Source of the DNA: a virus
DNA length: 64,000 nt
Strand: one strand, 5' to 3'
Virus record (IMG/VR): IMGVR_UViG_3300017963_000266
Coordinates: 5,993-69,992 of that record
Both the position numbers and the translations under genes were made by a program. Under the pieces are notes generated by a model that saw only the letters and a program-made list of their open reading frames with translations, was not told the DNA's origin and searched no databases. This document shows positions 29,928-36,863 of this stretch, piece after piece (position 1 is the stretch's first letter; the number at the start of each line of letters is the position of its first letter).

Positions 29928-30577
29928 TTATCTCTCTTTTTCTTTAGGTGCCCATACAGATTAAGGTAATTTTTCCAATGCCTGGGCAGCCTAGTGATTT
30001 CAAAATCCATTTTCCAGCGTACATATTCAAAAGATAGCTGATCCCTGCTGCTGGTATCATCTTTGCATAGTTCTGCCCACCATGCCTGTTCAAATTCCTG
30101 CAAAGCTGGGGTGTTGCGCCTCACAACAACAATTAGGGCTGACAAGTCCTGGGCATAAGGGCTATCAAAAAATCCTTCCCCCTGGTATCTTTCCATCTGT
30201 TTTTCAATTCGGTCTGGGTCATCTTTGCCCATTCTGGATAGGACTCGCGCTTCCTGGGCAACTTTTCGTCTGGGGTGAGCAACACAGGCAAGATCAATCC
30301 CTGGGGGCAAATATTTAATTAATTCCTCAGGGTGTATCTTTAAGGTTGCATTGGCACCATGCATGATAGTGTATTCTGTCCCTTCAACCTGGGCTACTAG
30401 ATGGGACTGGCTAAAATAATATCTTGATGCCTTAACATCATCCTGGTGGGGTGGGTCAACCTGTCTAATAGCCCATCCATCTGCCCGAACATCATCTTGA
30501 TCAGTATACAAGATAGCATTGTACTTGGTAGGATGTAAGATGTCATAAGGGCCAAACAAGGCAGAATACACAACCAT
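29924..30577 (-). CDS. DUF616/TOD1-MUCI70-like glycosyltransferase
   Basis: VYSALFGPYDIL, HPRR and RDQLSF motifs. Confidence 0.7.
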   Translation of the reverse strand: MVVYSALFGPYDILHPTKYNAILYTDQDDVRADGWAIRQVDPPHQDDVKASRYYFSQSHLVAQVEGTEYTIMHGANATLKIHPEELIKYLPPGIDLACVAHPRRKVAQEARVLSRMGKDDPDRIEKQMERYQGEGFFDSPYAQDLSALIVVVRRNTPALQEFEQAWWAELCKDDTSSRDQLSFEYVRWKMDFEITRLPRHWKNYLNLYGHLKKKRDK

Positions 30578-31119
30578 TAAAATGTAACCCTTTCATACGC
30601 TACAATGGACCCAGCCCCACCTAACCAGGCCCAGGGAGTTCCTTTCCTTAGTACAAAGTATTCATCAACAGCCCTTTTGACCCCAGCCAGTCTTTCCTGA
30701 TGCTTTTCTGGCTTGTCATCTGTGTAGTAATCATGAACTGCTATGATTCCGTTTTCCGGAATCCATCTACCCCAATTGAATAAGTCATCTTTAACTATAG
30801 GGTAATCATGTCCCCCATCTACAAAGACCAGATGATAGCTAAAATCTTGGGCCCGAAAGGTTGTGCTGTTAGCTTCAAAATATTCAACACCTTTTAGCTT
30901 GTCCTTGCCAAAGATGTCAACCCGAAAGTTTGTATCAATCGCCAGAACTCTGCAACCTGAAGCCGCCAGGGGATGCAAACTGGTGCCCCGATTGACCCCA
31001 ATATTGACAATGGTAGGTTTTTCAAATCTGGCCTTAACTAGCAAGGCAAGTTGATGCAAGTATAGTCTTTCTGCCAGGGGCACATCATTGCCCATGCCCT
31101 TTTCCCAATAGTGAGTCAT
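30577..31119 (-). CDS. Class I SAM methyltransferase (Methyltransf_24-like)
   Basis: NIGVNRGTS, FVDGGHDY, AVHDY, GVKRAVDE. Confidence 0.85.
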   Translation of the reverse strand: MTHYWEKGMGNDVPLAERLYLHQLALLVKARFEKPTIVNIGVNRGTSLHPLAASGCRVLAIDTNFRVDIFGKDKLKGVEYFEANSTTFRAQDFSYHLVFVDGGHDYPIVKDDLFNWGRWIPENGIIAVHDYYTDDKPEKHQERLAGVKRAVDEYFVLRKGTPWAWLGGAGSIVAYERVTF

Positions 31120-31667
31120 TATTTCACCTTAACAAAAGAAGCAATGGAATCTGCTGCCTTCTTCCACTGCCATTCTCTGGCAGATATAAACCAGGTATCA
31201 ACTGCAAATTTTACCCCTTGTAATCTGTTTCTATCCCTTGGCTGGGGTCTGTAGTCATGAAAGATAAGTAACCCCCCAGCTGCAATGTGGGGGGCAAATA
31301 TTTCAATATCTTGTTGGACGCACTCAAATGTATGGCAACCGTCAACAAAAACAAGATGGTATGGTTCAGCCGGATTCTTTTCAAGATAAGTCTGACTTTC
31401 ACTTTCCACAAAGGCAATGTCAATACCATCTAGCTTATCCTTGCCCTGAAAGGGCCTGGTTGATAAATCTGGGTCAATGGCAATAAGGTGGGCTTTTGGT
31501 GCACCAGCTGCCAGGCAATGAACTGATGCACCCCAGCTGACCCCAATATTAACAATAGTGGGTTTTGAAAAAGAATGGGCAACTTGCACAGCAGAATAGA
31601 ACAATAATTCCCTTTCTGCTATGGTCATTTTTTCGCCCTGGGCTTTGCGCCAATGTTGGTCAGTCAT
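31119..31667 (-). CDS. Class I SAM methyltransferase, paralog of neighbour
   Basis: NIGVSWGAS, FVDGCHT, FHDY, GVKFAVD. Confidence 0.85.
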   Translation of the reverse strand: MTDQHWRKAQGEKMTIAERELLFYSAVQVAHSFSKPTIVNIGVSWGASVHCLAAGAPKAHLIAIDPDLSTRPFQGKDKLDGIDIAFVESESQTYLEKNPAEPYHLVFVDGCHTFECVQQDIEIFAPHIAAGGLLIFHDYRPQPRDRNRLQGVKFAVDTWFISAREWQWKKAADSIASFVKVK

Positions 31668-31945
31668 ACCAGTTCCAGCCTTTCTGGGTCCCAGGTATGG
31701 TCTGGGTACCTATGCTTTATGCGATTCCACATGTGGACTGACGCTGCTGGGCCCTGGTTCTGAGCAATGTCCCTAAGATAAGTTGCAGCTGATTCCAGAT
31801 CAGTTGGGTTGTCATGAATAGGGTGAAATTTCTGGTATAGTTGCCTGGTGACAACAGCATTAAAAGATGCCCCACTTTTTTCCATTTCCCTTTCTATGAT
31901 TTGAACCATATAACCAGGCAAGTGGATTGTCTTTTTTATCTTCAT
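31664..31945 (-). CDS. Ribbon-helix-helix-like DNA-binding protein
   Basis: MKIKKTIHLP..SFNAVV pattern; start moved to MKIKK. Confidence 0.5.
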   Translation of the reverse strand: MKIKKTIHLPGYMVQIIEREMEKSGASFNAVVTRQLYQKFHPIHDNPTDLESAATYLRDIAQNQGPAASVHMWNRIKHRYPDHTWDPERLELV

Positions 31946-32279
31946 GTTGCAAATTCCTTGTGTAGGCCTGCTGCTGAATTGGCGAATACAGGACAGGGAC
32001 TCCAGCTTCTTGCAGAACATAACCAGCATATCTGGCCTGCGTTTTCTTGGTAGAAAACATTATCATAGTTCCATCCGTGTTAAGCATATAGCCCCAGGAC
32101 TTGACTCCTTTTTTCTGCAACAGTTTTCTAATTGCCCTACTATCCCAAGTTGTGTTAAATGAAATGCCCCAATGGGCTGCCGGTCCTTCTAAAAAGTCGT
32201 TCAAAAAAGCCCAGGCTGGAGTCAGCCAGTCAAAGCCGCATGCAATATTCAACAAGTCATCAAAAGGATTATCAGACAT
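31860..32279 (-). CDS. Hypothetical protein, paralog of 61554..61946
   Basis: Shared DWxTPA, GVKxWG, MFS..QA..A.Y.L..AGxP, NxLxWL. Confidence 0.75.
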   Translation of the reverse strand: MSDNPFDDLLNIACGFDWLTPAWAFLNDFLEGPAAHWGISFNTTWDSRAIRKLLQKKGVKSWGYMLNTDGTMIMFSTKKTQARYAGYVLQEAGVPVLYSPIQQQAYTRNLQHEDKKDNPLAWLYGSNHRKGNGKKWGIF

Positions 32280-32359
32280 TATCCATACCTGACATCATCA
32301 ATAATCCACAGAACCACCAGGGCCCCTGCAATAATTGCTACAATAGCTAAAAGAGTCAT
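32279..32359 (-). CDS. 26-aa single-TM micropeptide
   Basis: MTLLAIVAIIAGALVVLWIIDDVRYG; ATGA and TAATG overlaps with neighbours. Confidence 0.55.
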   Translation of the reverse strand: MTLLAIVAIIAGALVVLWIIDDVRYG

Positions 32360-32433
32360 TCTATTCTTTCCCCCTTAATAATAACCCACCAGAACAAAAG
32401 AATAAACAGGATCAGCAATGCAATTTCAGTCAT
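32356..32433 (-). CDS. 25-aa single-TM micropeptide
   Basis: MTEIALLILFILLFWWVIIKGERIE; overlaps both neighbours. Confidence 0.55.
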   Translation of the reverse strand: MTEIALLILFILLFWWVIIKGERIE

Positions 32434-32626
32434 ACTTTCCACCCTTGCTAGTTAAGTGATAATCCCAAGATGCAACAATCAAGACTACAATCAGCCAGAA
32501 AAAAGCAGCAAAAAGGAATCGCCATGGGGACACATCCCCCCAAAGAATAGCCAGCCAGACTGACGCGACAAAAGACAGCCATGCTGTCACATTCATTATT
32601 TTCAGTACATAATTCTTTGGGGTCAC
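32426..32626 (-). CDS. Small 2-TM membrane protein
   Basis: 66 aa with two hydrophobic helices. Confidence 0.6.
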   Translation of the reverse strand: MTPKNYVLKIMNVTAWLSFVASVWLAILWGDVSPWRFLFAAFFWLIVVLIVASWDYHLTSKGGKYD

Positions 32627-33318
32627 AATTTTCGCCTCTTGTAAGGTTGTATCTTAGCATTGGTTTCTGGTCTGAATTGCCCCCCAAAAAGACCCCTGGT
32701 ACCAGCTTCTTTGTGCCAGATATATTCCCCAATTGGAAAGTTTGAAACTGTCCAACCATAATCTGGCACCTTTTTCATAATCTCAATTGCTGGGGCACCC
32801 CCTTCGGTATACCTGGCAGGCATTAGAGCCAGTTTGGAAATGTCAACCATACAGGCATAGGGATGAATATACTTAACAGCAGCTTCAGGATAAATTTCAG
32901 GATAAATAGTCTTGTAGGCAATACCAGCCTGGCTAACATATCTTAACCAACCGATTGCAAAAAGGTCCTGGTCTTGTTCAAAGGCTGCTATCATATTTTC
33001 AACCGCGCCCCCCTTCTTGACCCTGGTATCAGAGTCTAGTAAGAAAGCGTAAGTTGCCCCCATTGCCCAACCAAAGCCAATTCCCTGGTTCAAAGCTGGG
33101 CCATGATATATATTCTCGGGATTCTTGACCAGTCCGGCAATCTTGCCCTGATTGCTTAATTCATTCAGGACTTTGATAGAGTCCTGGCAGCCCCCATTAT
33201 CAACAACAATATGGGGAATCTTTGGGTAGTAATTGAACCAAGATTCAACACAGGTCTTAACCAGGTCTGGGGTCCTAAAGTTGACCGTAACACAACAGAC
33301 AGAACCAGTTCTTATCAT
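32623..33318 (-). CDS. GT2 glycosyltransferase
   Basis: VTVNFRT, VVDNGG, NIYHGPALNQG, LLDSD. Confidence 0.85.
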   Translation of the reverse strand: MIRTGSVCCVTVNFRTPDLVKTCVESWFNYYPKIPHIVVDNGGCQDSIKVLNELSNQGKIAGLVKNPENIYHGPALNQGIGFGWAMGATYAFLLDSDTRVKKGGAVENMIAAFEQDQDLFAIGWLRYVSQAGIAYKTIYPEIYPEAAVKYIHPYACMVDISKLALMPARYTEGGAPAIEIMKKVPDYGWTVSNFPIGEYIWHKEAGTRGLFGGQFRPETNAKIQPYKRRKL

Positions 33319-33359
33319 TAATTAATCAACCTTAATCAAGAAATAATAATCAACCATAA

Positions 33360-34148
33360 TCAACCTAAAGAACGAAAATTAAGGGGATAATCAAATCTCA
33401 AGAAAAAGTCCATGTTATACTTTTCAACTGCAAGTATTTCTTCTGGGGTTAAATGGTCTTTATAGTGCCCACTGGTGCCATGCACAACCTGAGGCACAAC
33501 CGACAGATGTCTTTTTTCACTTTCCAAGGGCCTGTTGTATTCTTGCCCTTTCCTGGCGTTGATCTTTTGGGGGGTATAACGGGCTGCTATTTCCTGGGCC
33601 TTTTCCTGGGTCAGATTAATTCTTAGGTGCTTCGCGATTCCCATGGCCTCAGTTGCAAGGTCCTGGGTAAATGTCTCAAACTTGGACCAGTAAGTCAAGG
33701 GCCACAGATTACACCATTTTTCCAGATCACCTAACCACTTGGGGAAATCCTGTGATGCAACCTTGATACCGTCCCATGGTTCAGTTTCCCTTTTGCCCCC
33801 TTGCCTGCTTAGGGTCCTGGTTTTCATACTGGTCAAGATGTCAAAGGGATTGCGTATACTGACCACACCCAGTAACCTGCCTTGCTGGTGATAGACTTTG
33901 CCATAAGATTCTTTTCTTTTTAGATTGTCATGGGTGTCATAATAATAGAGCCAGATGGGAGCAAAGACTTTGCAAACAATGTAGGTTGCATCATAGTTGT
34001 CATATTTCTGCAAAGCCCCTTCAGTATGGTACCCAATGCCCAGACCCAGGCCCGACTCTTCAACAATGTCCCTGGTAATCTGATATTGGGTTGATGATGC
34101 TGTCCTATAGGTACCAGCTACACAAACTAGAACAGGTCTATATGTCAC
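33360..34148 (-). CDS. Sulfotransferase-like protein
   Basis: AGTYRTASSTQY (PAPS loop-like), RNPFDILTS, GTSGHYKDHLT. Confidence 0.7.
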   Translation of the reverse strand: MTYRPVLVCVAGTYRTASSTQYQITRDIVEESGLGLGIGYHTEGALQKYDNYDATYIVCKVFAPIWLYYYDTHDNLKRKESYGKVYHQQGRLLGVVSIRNPFDILTSMKTRTLSRQGGKRETEPWDGIKVASQDFPKWLGDLEKWCNLWPLTYWSKFETFTQDLATEAMGIAKHLRINLTQEKAQEIAARYTPQKINARKGQEYNRPLESEKRHLSVVPQVVHGTSGHYKDHLTPEEILAVEKYNMDFFLRFDYPLNFRSLG

Positions 34149-34825
34149 TATTTCTTACCTGCTTTCTTTGATTTGGCTGCATCAGTCCAGTTTTCTGGGT
34201 CAACATTATCAATAACCCAATTCACCCCCTGGGGTTGCCCCTTATAATAATAATTAGTGTGAGGCATCACCATTTCCTTTGTACTTAAAAAGACCCCTTT
34301 TACGTTGTGTGCAACCCTGCCACTTCCCCATATTTCTGTTTTCCATGGGTCCTCAGATTCCCTTAATAGATTCATCAAGGTTTCACGTTCCCATATGCCA
34401 GGCTGTAAGGAAAGGCAATATCTTTTTCTTTTATCTATTCTGCCAAAGCCTGGTTCTGGATAATCAAATTGGGGTGGGGGCATAGGCCTTAATCTACAAT
34501 GGGCAATTCCCCCATTGGAATCAACGCATAGTTCAGCAGCCCTTTGCACAACTGGGGCATTAACATCTTTCAGCAGGTAATCAGACATCATAAACAAAAG
34601 GTGAGAGTCATCGTAATATTGCCTGAGGAATGTTTTCAATCGCCAGCCAAAGGCAATGTCAGGCCTGTCCCCCAGATAATAGACTGTTCTGTTAACCTGC
34701 AACTTTTTTGAATTGGTAACAAAGATCACTTCCCAGGGGCAGTCAGGCCAGACCTTTTTCAACCTGTCGTCAAAAGCTCTGCAAGTATCAGCGTATAGGT
34801 CACAACTGATAACAACTATTTTCAT
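34148..34825 (-). CDS. GT-A fold glycosyltransferase-like protein
   Basis: VISCDLY..WPDCP, SDYLL, SLQPGIWER..PWKTE. Confidence 0.6.
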   Translation of the reverse strand: MKIVVISCDLYADTCRAFDDRLKKVWPDCPWEVIFVTNSKKLQVNRTVYYLGDRPDIAFGWRLKTFLRQYYDDSHLLFMMSDYLLKDVNAPVVQRAAELCVDSNGGIAHCRLRPMPPPQFDYPEPGFGRIDKRKRYCLSLQPGIWERETLMNLLRESEDPWKTEIWGSGRVAHNVKGVFLSTKEMVMPHTNYYYKGQPQGVNWVIDNVDPENWTDAAKSKKAGKK

Positions 34826-35007
34826 CCTTTTTCCTTTTGTGGTGCAAGGTCCATTTTTTCAACAGTGTCAGAAAACCGTATGGCAGCCCTTAGCATATGT
34901 CCAGCCTGGGCTGCCATACTGCGATTCTGTTCCCTTGCTAATTTAACCAGTCTTTCTTTAGTTGCCTGATCAATTACTATTGTGATTCTTGCTTGTTCTT
35001 TCGTCAA
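34822..35007 (-). CDS. Ribbon-helix-helix (Arc/CopG-like) regulator
   Basis: RITIVID..KERLVKLAREQNRSMA; TTG start after AAGGGG. Confidence 0.75.
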   Translation of the reverse strand: MTKEQARITIVIDQATKERLVKLAREQNRSMAAQAGHMLRAAIRFSDTVEKMDLAPQKEKG

Positions 35008-35032
35008 CTTAATCAGTCTTCCCCTTTACTAG

Positions 35033-35280
35033 CTTACAATCCACATTCCTGTGAACTACCCGTTGCAACACTGTTTTGTCGAGTTGTCTGCCACCTTACA
35101 GTCCACACTCCCGCGAACTACCCGTTGCAACGTCTAATAAAACAAACTGGGGGAATAATCCACTGTCTTTTACAGTCCACATTCCTGTGAACTACCCGTT
35201 GCAACTAGATAACCCTATCCTGCCATACTGTTTCCAAGTCCAATTTACAGTCCACATTCCTGTGAACTACCCGTTGCAAC
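35033..35280 (-). CRISPR. Mini CRISPR array: four 37-bp repeats, three spacers (25, 37, 38 bp)
   Basis: Repeats at 35033-35069, 35095-35131, 35169-35205, 35244-35280; minus-strand consensus GTTGCAACGGGTAGTTCACAGGAATGTGGACTGTAA(A/G); spacers unique. Confidence 0.95.
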
Positions 35281-35500
35281 ACCAATATCCAGGGTAGCAT
35301 TACAGGAATGGTCCACTAGATATTGAGTTGCAACGGGTCTGCACAATTGACCAGTTCCGCAAATCGAATTTTGCCACAAAAGTGGGGTGTATTTGCGAAA
35401 CTGATTGTACTTTGCCGATTCTCACTGATACTGCCGGTAGTGGTGACGGCAGGCCAGGTAAGTTGGCCCCTACACCTACACCAGCGTAAGCTGGTGATGG
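35281..35500 (-). ncRNA. Putative omegaRNA/tracrRNA-like scaffold overlapping the nuclease 3' end
   Basis: Anti-repeats at 35327-35338 (12/12) and 35292-35310; hairpins at ~35341-35410, 35431-35452, 35452-35468, 35479-35496. Confidence 0.7.
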
Positions 35501-36667
35501 TGATACTTTGTTAAGAATATTGAATGCCCCGTTTACATCCGAGTTTACTACAACTCCGCATTGCTGGCAGGTTAGTAGCCCCCTTGGACTACGACGACCC
35601 ACCTGTCCACACAGATGACAACACTTTGATGTGTTACGTTCACTTACTGCTATTGTCTCAATTCCAACCTCCTCTGCTTTGTATTCAAGCTGGCGTCTTA
35701 TTTCAGCAAAGGGCCAATTGTGCAACTTTTGGTTCCCTTTTTTGCCGTGGTTCGCCTGTTCTCTGATGCCCCTCAGGTCACCCAGGACAAGTGTCCTTAT
35801 CTGGCGGACAATACATTCATTAATGATATGTCGAGTCAGATTGTGGACAGCCAGCTTCTGAATATTGCCTGCCTTGCATCGATACCTCTTGAAATTCTCA
35901 GATTGTCTACTTTCGGCTTTGCCCTTTTGCCAATTTTTAGGCTTGCAAGCTTTAGCCTGCTTTTGATGCCATTGATTACTAGCCAATAACCCTTTGCCAG
36001 AATACAGAATGCTTTCACCATTCTGGAAAGCAACAGCAGCCATATTGATAATTCCCAGGTCAACCCCAGCTACACCATTGCCTGATACTTTGTTATTTGC
36101 CTCAAGATTAATAATAGCATCGCCCGAACCATCAGGATGCAACCGAATAAGTTTAATGTCCCGCATTTTGACACCAGGCCTAATCCGCAACCTGACCAGG
36201 GCATGTCTATCTTTGATGTGCCTACCAAGGACAGTCAAATGGTACGTCCAATCACCTTTTGACCTGGCATTGCGCCCAACCTCAAAATAAAGCAACCGCC
36301 CTTCTTTGGTGTAGCGTGGCGGTCTGGCTTTTGGGTTAGTTTTGATATTGCTAAACCAGGACCGCATTGCAATGTCAAAATCTTTGATAGTGTAAGAAGA
36401 ACAGCGGTCACTTAAATCTTTAGCACTCCAATGATCTTTAATAACCTTTTGCATCCCAAAGTTGCCCAAATATTTTATCCCTCGCGCGTGGGGCACATTG
36501 CGCCTGTAAACTTCCCAACTGTCGCCCCGCCTGCGCCGCAATTTTTCATTATAGCCAAACTGGTGCCACCGTAATTGATTCCATAGGTGCCGAGATAATT
36601 CATGGCCTTGCGTTAAAATATCAGCCCCTTCAATGACCTTGTAAGTAATCTTTACGGTCCGTTTCAT
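35300..36667 (-). CDS. tnpB: CRISPR-associated TnpB/Cas12f-like RNA-guided nuclease with rearranged RuvC-II
   Basis: RuvC-I GVDLG; RuvC-II LGDL with alternative Glu in VSERNTS; Zn finger CHLC..CQQC; RuvC-III SDVNGAFNI; likely start MKRTVK (455 aa). Confidence 0.92.
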   Translation of the reverse strand: MKRTVKITYKVIEGADILTQGHELSRHLWNQLRWHQFGYNEKLRRRRGDSWEVYRRNVPHARGIKYLGNFGMQKVIKDHWSAKDLSDRCSSYTIKDFDIAMRSWFSNIKTNPKARPPRYTKEGRLLYFEVGRNARSKGDWTYHLTVLGRHIKDRHALVRLRIRPGVKMRDIKLIRLHPDGSGDAIINLEANNKVSGNGVAGVDLGIINMAAVAFQNGESILYSGKGLLASNQWHQKQAKACKPKNWQKGKAESRQSENFKRYRCKAGNIQKLAVHNLTRHIINECIVRQIRTLVLGDLRGIREQANHGKKGNQKLHNWPFAEIRRQLEYKAEEVGIETIAVSERNTSKCCHLCGQVGRRSPRGLLTCQQCGVVVNSDVNGAFNILNKVSPSPAYAGVGVGANLPGLPSPLPAVSVRIGKVQSVSQIHPTFVAKFDLRNWSIVQTRCNSISSGPFL

Positions 36668-36705
36668 TATTCTTGCCTGTTTAAGATTCTCGTTTCCATG
36701 CGCCC

Positions 36706-36762
36706 AATATACATTAAAATGCATCATTTTGCAACACTTACAATGCAAGTGAACCTTAAAAT
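36706..36762 (-). promoter_or_regulatory. sigma70-like promoter of tnpB with upstream AACCTTAAAAT box
   Basis: TTGCAA-N17-TATATT (36734-36706); box at 36752-36762. Confidence 0.6.
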
Positions 36763-36795
36763 TCCCTAAAAAGGCCCCTAAAAAAGCTCAGAATC

Positions 36796-36840
36796 AAAAG
36801 AACCCCTAACCACCATTAGGGTTAGGGGTCCTTTTTTATT
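36796..36840. terminator. Intrinsic (probably bidirectional) terminator after capsid gene
   Basis: ACCCCTAAC/GTTAGGGGT stem with A-run before and T-run after. Confidence 0.8.
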
Positions 36841-36863
36841 TGACAGCAGCTGTTTAAGTTAGA

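Noticed and set aside
35132-35168. Spacer similarity to 3062-3076 (AAAACAAAyTGGGGG) and of the 25-bp spacer to ~14665-14690
   Set aside because: Short, low-complexity or gapped matches compatible with chance
35076-35297. ORFs 35076..35297 and 34993..35190 (+) with repeated peptides
   Set aside because: Translations of the CRISPR repeats; spacer lengths of 25/37/38 bp do not preserve frame
35774-35782. Catalytically dead RuvC (TldR/Cas12m-like)
   Set aside because: The missing canonical Glu is offset by the Glu in VSERNTS and both Asp residues are intact; not excluded without an assay
35300-36748. Ordinary IS200/IS605 or IS607 insertion; also the 482-aa start at 36748
   Set aside because: No tnpA or clear IS ends, and the gene is followed by a repeat-spacer array with anti-repeats; the first 27 codons overlap the predicted promoter, so 36667 is preferred
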